From: Ignavibacteriota bacterium
GTDB taxonomy: Bacteria; Bacteroidota; Ignavibacteria; Palsa-1295
Reading direction: 5' to 3'
DNA length: 64,000 nt
Assembly (NCBI GenBank): GCA_963787835.1
Contig: CAWBEI010000002.1
Location: 832,001 to 896,000 of the forward strand
Position numbers and translations under genes: made by a program. The notes below the pieces were generated by a model. That model was not told the origin of the DNA, made no database searches, and worked only from the letters and a program-made list of their open reading frames with translations. This document shows, in pieces, positions 29,701-40,000 of the stretch. Position 1 is the first letter of the stretch. Each line of letters begins with the position of its first letter.

Positions 29701-30159
29701 GCGGTTGAAAAAGTACCACCCGCGGGAGCTATAACATTCCCGGATACACTCCCGGCAGGGCAAAGTTTGCAGTTAACGGTCTTTTTCAATGATTCGCTAT
29801 TTAGTGTTCGTGAGCAAACGGTGCAATTCGAGATAGTAACGAATTCCTGCTCGCCAATCACGGAAACTGTTACGGCGACCATCTCGGATGCCAGCGTAAA
29901 GGAACAGATCGCTCCATCGCTCGAAGCCACGATCCTTCCCACAGAGGATGGCCACTCCTTGGAGATCGTGGTTCCATCCGCTGCGATCGGCCCGCTGCAT
30001 TTTGAATTGGTGAATATGCTCGGGGAAAGCGTTCAACGAGCTTTGCTCGGAACTGGTACGCAAACTCTGGATGAAAGCGCTCTTCCGCGAGGGGTGTATT
30101 TCTACCGTCTTACTTCCGGGACTTTAGCCCAGAGCGGGAAGGTTATTTTGGGAGAGTAA
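26710..30159 (+). CDS. IgGFc-binding-domain T9SS protein, paralog 4
   Basis: Same architecture as paralog 3. Confidence 0.85.
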   Translation: MKHICITLTAAILIAAFGLCETASAQSNSLINHTIVKTRNTPPFEGRDFWLVEQSNQWGEDLGGKYIRIYITSPSNCTAIVESNGNRATVSVQANKQSSFAVPEFWEMESSGIVEPKAIHVYCTTADLSVYNLSHSAYGSEGEYVIPTIGWGTDYVVAAYESLYEGTDFNYDFPSTMAVVSDQDNTILTITPSCDCRQSTGGNDAGDANSTIMVYPSGVPAQFQLNRGQSLQLMPVKATDAVGFDMSGTIVQANQPVGVFGGSQLAEIPSGTPYPEHVEDMMPPVRTWGETYYATSWNQSPGRENHEFARYLFISSQPNQTIYRHDFSTGDHTECVITNQYGTYWDEFQYGQKFTSNAPFLVVSYINSSTYPDGTGGLGNPAECIINPKDHYSRTVVCEVPTPVGNIVPYNSYANLICRDSDARYTIFDGNGILGLGAEPIDDTFEVFIVNIGPGTHTVVQDTTRDPNAAGAGLYIYGYGSDESYAWTGSFGTGTFHSLDTVAPKEYIKGECYSAYVHVSDSGLLPDGLNHQSGLGEIRLDSSYNMRFVPDPGFTEGSGYDTSDYSMFVVDPTKPAILVVEVYDIAGNETKITSVYEPLDFSIVPPLQNLGVWHSGVPPNVAYDTLFNLGEVPLTLTELHLLYGNVGFSIYDSIGGPPDLSPLQPGQHRLIRIQFEAVILTRAVDSIIFGTTCDVQSVAVLGSGGAADFIVTDQTWPNEPLGNCYPKVVDIENLSDGALTIDTAWWSDTVHFKPLSTFPVTIPASPAKVGFTIEYCPDSGSLTSRNHVGGNWYSPQVLRSDGSGSQQPRFDSLIGWAVAPSQTFAGDIDTTIYCATTNETVTAEFLITATGTAQTTIKRVHQTDSIDFFNLQGNLNINNLAWDPTQTAQQLDPGETATISVQYLVKAKQNDSVVDYITAFDGNDDTIGRSLKLTVISNYANGVTNPPEASIGPLLFQTPPSPGANSSTFVIQNTANSPLEIDTILLQPGLYDSAFSFAVEKVPPAGAITFPDTLPAGQSLQLTVFFNDSLFSVREQTVQFEIVTNSCSPITETVTATISDASVKEQIAPSLEATILPTEDGHSLEIVVPSAAIGPLHFELVNMLGESVQRALLGTGTQTLDESALPRGVYFYRLTSGTLAQSGKVILGE

Positions 30160-30163
30160 CCGG

Positions 30164-31012
30164 TCACTCCCTTATCAGCATCACGCTTTTCGTCACGTGC
30201 GCAGCATCGCTCGATGCATCGATGCGCAGCAGGATCGCGCCTTGTGTCTCGGCAAGTCCGGTGAGATCCATCAGGTTCTCCCCGGCTGATCCGTTCTTCG
30301 TCAGGTGCAGTACTTCTCTTCCGAGTGCGTCGTATCCATTGATAATGACACTGGCTTGCTGGGAAAGCGTAAACTCAAGAGTTCCCGAACTTCGCATGGG
30401 GTTGGGATAGGTAACAAGATCCGAGAGCAAGCCGGTTTGGCCACCCCCATCGGATACGCTCAGCAGGTGCGGAGTTGTATTGTAGTAGAGCGTGATAATA
30501 GCCGGTTCCCAGTTTGTGGCATAGTTGGTATCCGTGGGGTCTGTAATATCGATCGTGACGGAATCCTGCGCGGTCATATCCACCATTTTGAGGAACGGAG
30601 CGCCGTATGGGGTGATCCAAATACCCTTCACTGCCGGTGGGATCAGGCTGCGATCCCAGGAAAGCACTGCTGGATACACGAACGCGGAAAGGTAGAACTT
30701 ATATTGAATGATAAACGAATCGGCCTTCGGCATCTGCATAATATCGATCAGGGAAGAGATCGTATCTCCCGGCAGCTCGAACGCAACATAGTACCCTCCC
30801 GGACTTGGGCCGGGGAACCACTGCTCCCCGAATAATGGGTCAAGGCCGTCGGTCGCTCCGGGATCGTAGCCGAATCCTATGGGGCTAGTCCCGCCGCCGC
30901 CGCCTGCATCTTTGTAGTGCAGGTTCAGTTGAAATTCAGGCGTTTCCGTCTGCGACCATCCTGTTCGTGAAATGGTGAGAAGAAGAAAAAGAATAATAAA
31001 TACTCGTTTCAT
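30164..31012 (-). CDS. Small T9SS-secreted protein with an ATDG-D..GE motif domain
   Basis: Signal peptide; FGYDPGATDGLDPLFGE; YPNP...YDALGREV CTD. Confidence 0.75.
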   Translation of the reverse strand: MKRVFIILFLLLTISRTGWSQTETPEFQLNLHYKDAGGGGGTSPIGFGYDPGATDGLDPLFGEQWFPGPSPGGYYVAFELPGDTISSLIDIMQMPKADSFIIQYKFYLSAFVYPAVLSWDRSLIPPAVKGIWITPYGAPFLKMVDMTAQDSVTIDITDPTDTNYATNWEPAIITLYYNTTPHLLSVSDGGGQTGLLSDLVTYPNPMRSSGTLEFTLSQQASVIINGYDALGREVLHLTKNGSAGENLMDLTGLAETQGAILLRIDASSDAAHVTKSVMLIRE

Positions 31013-31054
31013 GGAAGTGCCTTCAATAACATCGAAATAGTTCTAAAATGCTCA

Positions 31055-31090
31055 AAGCGGGAGCCGCTTTAACATAGCAGCTCCCGCTTT
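31055..31090 (-). terminator. Rho-independent terminator
   Basis: aaagcgggagc...gctcccgcttt hairpin downstream of the 31131 gene. Confidence 0.65.
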
Positions 31091-31130
31091 GAATAACTCT
31101 TGACCTGCCTGGTTGTTACAGGCGTCTCAA

Positions 31131-34079
31131 TTAATGCTCGAGTGTCATGCGTTGGGTCTGGACGAAATTGCCAGCTTTCAACGTGTAGTAATAAGCGCCA
31201 GCCGGAAGCTGCGTTCCATCGAATACTACCTGATGATCGCCTGCGCCCACAACGCTGTTTACGAGCGTCTGAACTACCTCGCCGAGCTGGTTATAGACGA
31301 CCAGCGAAACAACTGATTCCTGCGGCAGCGAGAAGTTGATGGTTGAAGTCTGAGAGAATGGGTTCGGTGTATTCGCCTCGAGCGCATAACCGGCGACGCT
31401 CGGTGCATCGCCCTGTTTCTCAGCGATCTGAACTTGGGTGATACCCGGATTGGAGATCGTGACAAAGCCATTGTTCACAGCAGTCCCGATAAGTGTGCCA
31501 TTCATATCCGTCACCGTGACCGGGCCAGATACGTTTGTGAACTTCATCGTAACAGGATAGCTACCTGCATGTACGTTAACGACATAGGATGTATGGTTAA
31601 AGCTCACTGCACCGTTATTCGTGGCAAAGCGCGCATCGAACGAATTGAACATACCTGGCATCTCGAAATTGCTTTCGGGCTGGTCTGTTGTGGCATTGCC
31701 AAAATACAGTACTTGTCCATTACCCTCGGCATCGTTAAAGAGAACCTGAGTAAGCTGACCTTGTAAGGTTTCGCGTGCCTGGGTTGCTTTACCGGCTGGG
31801 TAATTCCCCTGAATAGTGGAGGTAGGAGGCGGGGTCTGCAGATTGTAGAAGCCTGGCTGATCTACTTTAATAAAGTACCCGCGTCCCGGAATGAAGAAGT
31901 TCGTCATATCGTACCCACTCTGCGGAGTGAACTCCCACATGTATGGCAACCGTGTTGGCACAGGACCACCCGGCTGTTGGGTAAAGGTCATCTGCGTTCC
32001 ATCGCTGCCATCGAAAGTTCCGGTTCCGCTGGTTCCACCAATGGAGTTCCATCCTTCCGAGATCTGAACATTAGAAACCGAGTAGGATTTAGTACCGGCA
32101 ACGACTGAGTTAGAGCCAATGTACGACCCATAACGAACCATATATCCACGGCCGAACTCCAGCGTGCCCTGCTGTTCCCATCCGCTTGACGATTGGTATT
32201 GGTATGGCGTTGTAAGAGCATTACTGAAAATAACCGTTGAGCTTGGATCCGGCGGAATGACCGGCAAGGAAACAAGCGACCAGCTATTCTGCTTCAGGAA
32301 TGTGGCGATATTAGCGATCGTGCCCGGGGTGTACTCGATATAGAAAGTATTAATGGTATGATCGTTGATCGTAACGCACTCAAGACCGTTCACCTGAGTA
32401 GCATTGCGCAAGTCGATACCCTGATCGCTGCCGTTCAGCGTGAACTTTAGCAATACTCGTGCGCCTGCCGGGAATTGAGTCGGATCGACGCAAACCTTTA
32501 CAGGATAGCAATTCACATTGCCTGGATTGAAGTTAACCTGATAGATCAGTGTGGTGTCTGTTGCGCTGTCGCGAATATCACGTGTGTAGCCCGCATCGTT
32601 ATTGAGTGTCAAGGCATTTAGCAGATTCGGGTCAAGCGGTACGAAGTACGCGAAAGCACTGTCATGTGCCAAAGCACCGCCAACATCACCATTTGTAACA
32701 AGCTGCTCTCCAAAAAGCTCATCAATGCTGTCTGTAGCACCTGGGCCTGTACCGAAAGTTAGGTAATCAGTCACACCATTAACGCAGCTATTAGAGATCT
32801 GAAGCTGGATGCCCGTTCCGCCGGGCGTTGGCTCGTCGGGTGCTTGTTCACGAACGAAGCGTACTTTAAGCTGGAATGGAGAGTTCGATGCTCCAGCACA
32901 TTGGAATGTTACCGTTGCGTAATACACACCAGCAGGAAGTTGCTGTGGATTTGGAACGGTCAGCCAAAGCGATATGGCCGTTGGTCCTTCGGTGGATAAT
33001 CCGAGTACATAATTATCAATGGCATCCCACCCGAGTGTGAGCGAATTACTACCACCTGGTCCGCCGCAATTGATGGACAGCCACGGTTGATCGGATGTAA
33101 TTAGGATGTTGTCAAATTCCGAACCAGCACCGCTGGACTGGAACGCATCCATGAGGAACTCTTGAGTAACAGAGCCATTAAACACGGTTGGATCATAGAC
33201 CAGATCATTAACGAGTGAGTCAACCGGTCCACCGGCTCCATCAACGAGTGCAAAATTTGGAATTGGTGAAAGCTCAAATACAGGAGGTGTGATGTAGGTA
33301 ACGTCCACTTCACCACGGTTAAACGGACCCCCGACACCCTGACCACCACCGAAATTGCCGATGTTGATAGGAAGGCCGCCATTTTCAGCGGTGTAGCCCG
33401 TATCACCCCAATGATCGTTGAAGCGAGCAGAATCAATGCTCACCAAGCCAGGATATTCTCCTGTTACGTGAAAGCGCAGCCAGAATAAAATTCCGTTATG
33501 CTCGGAATAACCGGAATCGGCCGAGTTGTTCTTCGGAAGCGGCACAGAGCTTGCGGCGGCAACACGAATGTAACGTTGATCCTGATCCTCAGGATTGTTT
33601 GCGTTGATCTCCGCAACGTTGATCAAAAATGTAGCGGCAAGACCGGTATCGGGATGCGGCGTCACAGAGCAATTAACTCCCTGGCTCGCAGAGACAATGG
33701 AAGGACCGACCATAACGACCGGTGAACCATGAGCTGTATCGAGCTCCATACCCCCTACATTATAGGAAATCTGAAAATCGAAGCTGCGAATAGGCTCAAG
33801 GTGCTGCCCGGGGCTGCCGCTCTTGCCTTCTGATATCCAGCTATTGTTCGGGTTCTGCGTTGTATCAACCGCATTCCATACCCAAACCGGGAGGAGAAAG
33901 TATTGATCCACGCCGGATATAGGAATTCGCAAATTCCCATCCCCCGGATGGACGTGAAAATTCCTAAGCGATAGCGTCGGATAGGGAATAAAATTTTGGC
34001 CGCGGACCACTGTGGTCCCGCCAGCAAGCACTAAAACAGCGAGCACAATGGCCGCTATCGAGCCGTATAGCTTTCGCAT
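31131..34079 (-). CDS. T9SS-secreted protein: cohesin-like N-domain, BACON-like domain, ATDG-motif domains, CTD
   Basis: IRSFDFQISYN...ILFWLRFHV; SDQPWLSI...GVYYATVTF; FGTGPGATDSIDELFGE; PNPF...GAYYYTL CTD. Start could be up to 34130. Confidence 0.75.
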   Translation of the reverse strand: MRKLYGSIAAIVLAVLVLAGGTTVVRGQNFIPYPTLSLRNFHVHPGDGNLRIPISGVDQYFLLPVWVWNAVDTTQNPNNSWISEGKSGSPGQHLEPIRSFDFQISYNVGGMELDTAHGSPVVMVGPSIVSASQGVNCSVTPHPDTGLAATFLINVAEINANNPEDQDQRYIRVAAASSVPLPKNNSADSGYSEHNGILFWLRFHVTGEYPGLVSIDSARFNDHWGDTGYTAENGGLPINIGNFGGGQGVGGPFNRGEVDVTYITPPVFELSPIPNFALVDGAGGPVDSLVNDLVYDPTVFNGSVTQEFLMDAFQSSGAGSEFDNILITSDQPWLSINCGGPGGSNSLTLGWDAIDNYVLGLSTEGPTAISLWLTVPNPQQLPAGVYYATVTFQCAGASNSPFQLKVRFVREQAPDEPTPGGTGIQLQISNSCVNGVTDYLTFGTGPGATDSIDELFGEQLVTNGDVGGALAHDSAFAYFVPLDPNLLNALTLNNDAGYTRDIRDSATDTTLIYQVNFNPGNVNCYPVKVCVDPTQFPAGARVLLKFTLNGSDQGIDLRNATQVNGLECVTINDHTINTFYIEYTPGTIANIATFLKQNSWSLVSLPVIPPDPSSTVIFSNALTTPYQYQSSSGWEQQGTLEFGRGYMVRYGSYIGSNSVVAGTKSYSVSNVQISEGWNSIGGTSGTGTFDGSDGTQMTFTQQPGGPVPTRLPYMWEFTPQSGYDMTNFFIPGRGYFIKVDQPGFYNLQTPPPTSTIQGNYPAGKATQARETLQGQLTQVLFNDAEGNGQVLYFGNATTDQPESNFEMPGMFNSFDARFATNNGAVSFNHTSYVVNVHAGSYPVTMKFTNVSGPVTVTDMNGTLIGTAVNNGFVTISNPGITQVQIAEKQGDAPSVAGYALEANTPNPFSQTSTINFSLPQESVVSLVVYNQLGEVVQTLVNSVVGAGDHQVVFDGTQLPAGAYYYTLKAGNFVQTQRMTLEH

Positions 34080-34190
34080 GGCTTTCTTCTCCTCAGTTTT
34101 AATATTGTTAAGGTTCATCGTACCTGACAATTAATTCGTTTTCAAAAAATTTGTTACACCCCAAAGGGCGATTTCCCGACTTTTCTATGG

Positions 34191-34955
34191 CTACCGTGGC
34201 TCTACAAGCAATGTTCCGATACATTTCGAATCCAAGCTCGTCTCATTTAGTATCACTCCGTACGTACCAGGGGGAAATCCTTGAGGGATATTCCATGCAC
34301 CAGAATACAACCTCCCTGACCATGCGACGTCTCCTGCCATGTCAACGATCCTTACCATCGCATCGCTTGAATACTCCGGTGCGTAAATCGTAACATGGTT
34401 TCGGGCAGGGTTTGGATAGATCGCTACTGGTCGCCCAGAACTTTCTATCGTGCTCACACTGGCATTATTTGACTTCGGAGTCCGAATCCATCCATCCTGT
34501 TGATGGACGATGTCAACGCCTTCATCACCAGCACCGAACACGATCCAATTTGTATCCCAGCGGATCCATGCAGTGTCTGCATTAGAATCTACCGTCATTC
34601 TGATCTTAAAAAGAACAGAGTCCGTAAGATCGATCTCCTGGTTTCCGAGTGCGAGCAATCCAGTGTGGCTCCCAGTGGTATCTAACAGCGCCGCCGATGC
34701 AGTACCTGCCATGATGTAGGCCACAAGGTTGCTGTTTGAAGTATCAAACAAAAATCTTGCGTTGAAATCATGGATGTTGTGTGCGTGGGTCGAAGTAAAA
34801 GTATAAAGTACTCGCACATCGACCGTTGATCCCGGTATTGCTGTTACGGTGTCGATACGAAGGCTCATTATGTTTTGCGCAGTTGCTTGTTTTGCGTAGC
34901 ATGCAAGCATTGCAAGCAGCGCCGTTTTAATGCACAGCCCCTGTATCGTAGCCAT
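34191..34955 (-). CDS. Cohesin-like domain plus T9SS CTD protein
   Basis: IDTVTAIPGSTVDVRV...IHDFNARFLFD...VLFKIRMTV; IYPNPA CTD. Confidence 0.65.
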   Translation of the reverse strand: MATIQGLCIKTALLAMLACYAKQATAQNIMSLRIDTVTAIPGSTVDVRVLYTFTSTHAHNIHDFNARFLFDTSNSNLVAYIMAGTASAALLDTTGSHTGLLALGNQEIDLTDSVLFKIRMTVDSNADTAWIRWDTNWIVFGAGDEGVDIVHQQDGWIRTPKSNNASVSTIESSGRPVAIYPNPARNHVTIYAPEYSSDAMVRIVDMAGDVAWSGRLYSGAWNIPQGFPPGTYGVILNETSLDSKCIGTLLVEPR

Positions 34956-34975
34956 AGGTTTTCAAAGAACAAGAC

Positions 34976-35004
34976 GCAGTACCTTTCCATGAAAGGTACT
35001 GCGC
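34976..35004 (-). terminator. Hairpin (terminator or processing site)
   Basis: cgcagtaccttt-ccatg-aaaggtactgcg. Confidence 0.6.
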
Positions 35005-35013
35005 GAAAAACTA

Positions 35014-36963
35014 TTATCGAACCACCTGCATCTTCGCGCACTGAGTAAAATCAGGCGTGGTGAGCTGATAGTAATAAAGGCCGGAGGCAACAAGGCTTCC
35101 GTTTACGTCACGACCATCCCACTGAACGGTGTTATGTCCGGCGGTACGGCCTTCATCGGAGATCAATGTCTGGACTTCGTGTCCGAGCACATCGAAAATT
35201 CGAAGCGTAACATTCTCTGAAGCCGTCAGATCGAAACCGATCGTCGTTTGACCGGAAACCGATACCACAAAGGGATTCGGCACGTTCTGTTCAAGATCAC
35301 TCTGGCTACCAGAAGTATTATCAGCAAGTTTAAGCGCTACATGGGATGACGAAAGGTTCGCATCGTTAACTTGTACGTTCTCGACATCGAATTCTGCATT
35401 CGTGTTTGCAGGGGCTCGTAGCTCGATATATCCAACCGTGGCACCATCGGCAAAATCACCGGAGGTTGCAAGCGCTACGCGTCCGAGCTTGGCATCGGAA
35501 CACATAATTGCTCCGTCGAGAGCGCGGGTGCCGATCAACTGAACTCCGCTTTGCTCCAAACCTTTAAGATCCATTTGAATGGATAACGGTCCGTTGACAC
35601 TGCCGCGAATAGTGATCGGGAGCGAAATTGTATTACCAGTGATATTTACATTCGAAACATCCGCAACGACTCCTGAAACATCGGTCGCATGCACTTCCGA
35701 AGATTTATATCCAGGAACCGGAAGCGATGATGGCCAGGGCAATGTCGCAAGCTTGCCGGCAAGATACATCATGATGTAAGCAGCGTCATAAGGGGTCGTA
35801 TGATAAAAATACGCTCCATAATTAGGGTTGTAAACCTGACCGGTATGATTGGCATCTCCATGGAATGCATTGCTTCCCTCAATGGAGTCGAGCGGAATTC
35901 CGCTGGCCGCAGCTTGTAACACCACGTTAGCATCGTTGATAGTAACAAAAAGACTTTGGTTATTTCGAACCTGCGGATTTGTGCTAGTGACCTGTGAAAG
36001 GTCGGCATCTCCATCACCCCACGTTGCAAGGAAATCTCTTCCAACCGGAACAAGCTGAAGTGCAAGACCGGGGGTACATCCAACAACCGGCGGCCAGCAG
36101 GTCGTGCGAGCAGAAGTGTTGTTAGCAACATCATTAGGATCGCTTGCGGTAGCAAAAAGTGCATTGATGTGCGTAAATCCTACGGAATCATTGGCTCCAA
36201 CGGCCGCACCAGAGGTGACTACGTTGCTGGCCGAACCGCTTGGCGGTCCGACTGGGCCGTACTGGAATTCGAACGTCGCGCGATCATCAGGAGCAGACTT
36301 GTCGTTCGCGAGTGGATTCTCACGAATGATCAATTGAAAAGATCCAACTGAATTTGGATTCGTCTTGTCGTTGATGTTGAGGTCGCTCCATTCAACCGTG
36401 AAGGTATAAAGCTGATCGAATGGGTAGTGAATACTGTTTGTGTTCGGATCCGGACGAGTCGCTATCGCGTAAGAAATTTTTGACGGGAAATAACCCGGTT
36501 CCGTTGTGCGATAGTAGTGGTCACCAAAAAATGGAGCAATACAATTATTCGGCAACACCGAGCTGAACAAAACGTTGTTGTTGGCAGGGGTGACCGGAAT
36601 CGGGTTGAATGGCTGGTCCTGCATATTGATCGACACCCATCCATTGATGTTGATATTGACCGAGTTGCACTGGTTCCCATTGTAGTCAAACGAGAAACCG
36701 GTCGGAACACCAACGGCTGTACCGTCATCCATGTCAATAGCACCCGTGAAATTCACGAAATTGATCGGCACGGTGCCTCCATTGGGAATACCTGGCAGAA
36801 CAGTGCCGCCAGCCAACGGGCTGTATGGAGTCGTGAGATTACGATACTGAACAGCGTAATTCGCCCACACGGGCTGTACGCCGAACTGTTGTGCATTAAC
36901 CGTTCCCACCAGTCCGATGGTGAGCACGGCAAGCATGATAATAAATCGTTGATACTGTTTCAT
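35014..36963 (-). CDS. T9SS-secreted protein: nidogen/NIDO-like N-domain, dockerin-like repeat pair, cohesin-like domain, FlgD-Ig CTD
   Basis: PTGFSFDYNG...ININGWVS...IAPFFGD; GDGDAD...INDANVVLQ and GDANH...PYDAAYIMMYLAG; ISLPITI; QNVPNPF...WDGRD..G..VASGLYYY. Confidence 0.7.
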   Translation of the reverse strand: MKQYQRFIIMLAVLTIGLVGTVNAQQFGVQPVWANYAVQYRNLTTPYSPLAGGTVLPGIPNGGTVPINFVNFTGAIDMDDGTAVGVPTGFSFDYNGNQCNSVNININGWVSINMQDQPFNPIPVTPANNNVLFSSVLPNNCIAPFFGDHYYRTTEPGYFPSKISYAIATRPDPNTNSIHYPFDQLYTFTVEWSDLNINDKTNPNSVGSFQLIIRENPLANDKSAPDDRATFEFQYGPVGPPSGSASNVVTSGAAVGANDSVGFTHINALFATASDPNDVANNTSARTTCWPPVVGCTPGLALQLVPVGRDFLATWGDGDADLSQVTSTNPQVRNNQSLFVTINDANVVLQAAASGIPLDSIEGSNAFHGDANHTGQVYNPNYGAYFYHTTPYDAAYIMMYLAGKLATLPWPSSLPVPGYKSSEVHATDVSGVVADVSNVNITGNTISLPITIRGSVNGPLSIQMDLKGLEQSGVQLIGTRALDGAIMCSDAKLGRVALATSGDFADGATVGYIELRAPANTNAEFDVENVQVNDANLSSSHVALKLADNTSGSQSDLEQNVPNPFVVSVSGQTTIGFDLTASENVTLRIFDVLGHEVQTLISDEGRTAGHNTVQWDGRDVNGSLVASGLYYYQLTTPDFTQCAKMQVVR

Positions 36964-37029
36964 GGGTCTATTGCTCCTTGAAAGTTGCTTCACTATAAAA
37001 ACTCTGGTTTATTTTGATCGGTAGAGGTT

Positions 37030-37055
37030 GGCCGCAGGACTTCTGCCCTGCGGCC
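37030..37055 (-). terminator. Intergenic hairpin
   Basis: ggccgcagg-acttctgc-cctgcggcc. Confidence 0.5.
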
Positions 37056-37065
37056 GCTCTTAATA

Positions 37066-40000
37066 TTATTGGGCGCTTCGCTCCATTGACATCTTGACAG
37101 AGGAGCCAAAGCTTCCAGCACGCATGGTCGCGATGTAGGTGCCATCCGGTACAGGCGCACCCGATGCGTCAGTACCATCCCAGGTAACAGGATAGGAACC
37201 TGCATCCAGTGATTCGTTCACGATCGTACGGATGAGCGCACCCTTCACATCGTAAATATCGATGCGAACATTAGAACGAGTCTGAACCGAGAAGCTTAAT
37301 GTCGTCGCTCCGTTAAATGGATTCGGATAGTTCGGCTGGAGCGCAAACTGCGTCTGCGAACTGGTGCCCACTCCCGAGTTAGCTGGCTGGAATACGATGA
37401 TCGCATTCGTCAGTCCCTGGTTGCGGATCTGGAGGCACTCGGTGTCCGAGCCGACCGACTTGAGCGTATAGAGGCTATTGTCGATTGGACCCTGTCCGGT
37501 TGCCATGTCGATCGAAAACTCCTGCGATGACTGCGGGTCTCTCAAATAGAAGTGTCCGGTGTTGAACGGCGCAGGCAACGAAGCGGAATCGAGGCATGAA
37601 CGCGTCCAGCATATTTGAATTGGATACAAGCTGCCCGCACCGCCGCCGTCGTCACCAGGCTGGAATTCAACCTGCCATGTGATCGAGGCATTGGAATTAT
37701 TGCGGATGTCGATCGTCGTTCCGTCCACACTGCCGCCGATCGGAAGCACCCAACGTGCATCGAAGGAGCTGGAAGGCGGAATTGGAGCAAGTTCATACTC
37801 GCAATACTGCTGATCAATACCGTCGGTGGCCGACTGACCCGCGCCGAAGCAGAGCTGCTGTACATCAACTAAAGGATGAAGCGTCGTCTGTGTGTTCGAT
37901 ACAAGGATCGTACACTCGAATGCAGGATTCTCACCAAGATTGACAGGCAATCTCATCGTGTCGGACAAGCCGCTAATATCATGAACGATAACCTTAACAA
38001 ATTCCTGAGGCACCGGTACCTGTGAGAAGTAGTTCGAATTCTCATTGAACGATCCACAGATCTGGAACCGTACAGAATCGTTAGAGAGCTGACCCGTAAA
38101 GGTAACTGTTGAGCCACTACCGTTAATCTTGAATCCATTGGAATCGGTAACAGTAATCGTATCAACTGCGCAAGGCATACGGGTGAGGTCAGGATCATAG
38201 ACGGTGATGCTGTCACAGAACTGCGTATTGTTCAGAACGCACATCTCTCCTGGTCCACGAACGAATGCCGGCGGATGATTGACCGAATCAACATTGATCG
38301 GAATGGTCTCCCATGCTGCCACGCAGTAAGAAGTGCCGTTGCCGTCGGTTACAACAACCGTAAGCGTATCCGGGCCATTGCATGTACCTGGGAAGCTCGG
38401 AGCATCCGTATCGCCAGGAATACCGGAGAGCACACCGGAGTATGGATCGATGTGGATCCAGTTTGGCGTCGTGCCAACGATCGTATCCGGCTTGCCCATG
38501 TGGCTCTTGCTGACGACCCATGTGCCGTTCGCCAACATCGAATCCTCTGCTGGAACCTTGTTCGGGAAGTCTCGGAAGAGATACTCGGTGTTTCCACGAT
38601 AGAGCAAGCGATAGGTAAGGCTGTGCTCCGGATTCAGGTTCTGCACCTGAATTCTCTGAATGTCATTCGCATTCTGGAAATTCAAGCTGTAGTCAATACC
38701 TTCTTTAGCGTCCGGCAACGTGGTTGTTAAGAATGTCGGAGCAAAGAGGATTGTGATAGGCTCATTCACGATCGTTTGACCGGTGTGCCCATCGTTCGCC
38801 ATAACAGCCATGACGGTATCGAGATTAAGCTCGCCCGGATTTGGATTCACCTGCGGCACCGTCTGCAAGTAGTTGTTCACAGCATCGCTGGAATCAATTC
38901 TTACATTGATAATGCCCAATCTGAGGAAGTTCGGATCGGTGCTGTCAATGGGAACATAAATTCCGCCCTGCGGCTCAACCATCCATGACGGCTGAGTAAC
39001 GAAGTTATAGCTGGTACGGCCGTACTTGAAGTTACGGTAGAAGCTGGTGTCGGTCGGCCCAGTTGACCACGCTAAATGCCTTACCAAATCAGGATTTAAG
39101 CTGTTCGTAGTTGCCGGCGCTTCCGTTTCCACGGCAGCGGCGGAATCCTCACGCTCATCATCCGTATTGAGATCGAGCGAGTAGCGGAGCGAGTCTGTCA
39201 AGATGCCAACAGGTCCAGGATAACCGCAAGACGATGGTCCTATTGCATCGAATACCGGCACACTGTCCATAACCACGATCTTAAAGTGGTATGTGTTTGT
39301 GGACGCAGCTACGCAAAGTGTATCTGGGATAGCGGTAGTACTATCTGGGTTCCTGTCGCAATTCATATACGGCGGGAATACCCACATGCTAAGCGACTCG
39401 CTATCCGGTCCTAATGCTCCTGGGAAGCCGTTTAGCAAACCGTTCTCAGATACATAGTTCGGCGGGAAGTTTGTGAGCGTCGCTGTGAGCGATTCTCCAC
39501 CCGGCACGACGTCTGGATTGTGCGGTTGTCCGGAAAGCTGAACGTACCCATTTGATCCCGTGATGTTCTGGTTGTAAATAACGGTCTGATGTAACCAGTG
39601 GGTTAGACGTACATGATTCTCGACAGAATCCAGAGCAGCCGCAGGAATATAGGTTGCACCACCCGGAGCTGCTCCTGAGGGTACAACATCTCCCTTGAAG
39701 AGATCAATGCTCACGTTGATACCAAGCTGCGTGTAGTTTCCTGGATTGAACAGGAAGCGAGGATCGTAGAAGTTGTTCGGATCGTAACCCCCAATTCGGA
39801 ACAGCGTTGTGTTTGCGTTCGAATTGTTATAGTTAACATCCTCTTTTACAAAGCGCACGTTTGGATTGTACGGATCCGATTGAAGTTTTGGAATATCTCC
39901 GACAAACTGCGGCGGAAGCACATTGCCGATCGTGAACTGAAGGCCATTGGCAATCGCGTACGCGGCGCCATACTTCCAAAGCTGAGTGCGGCTGATGACA

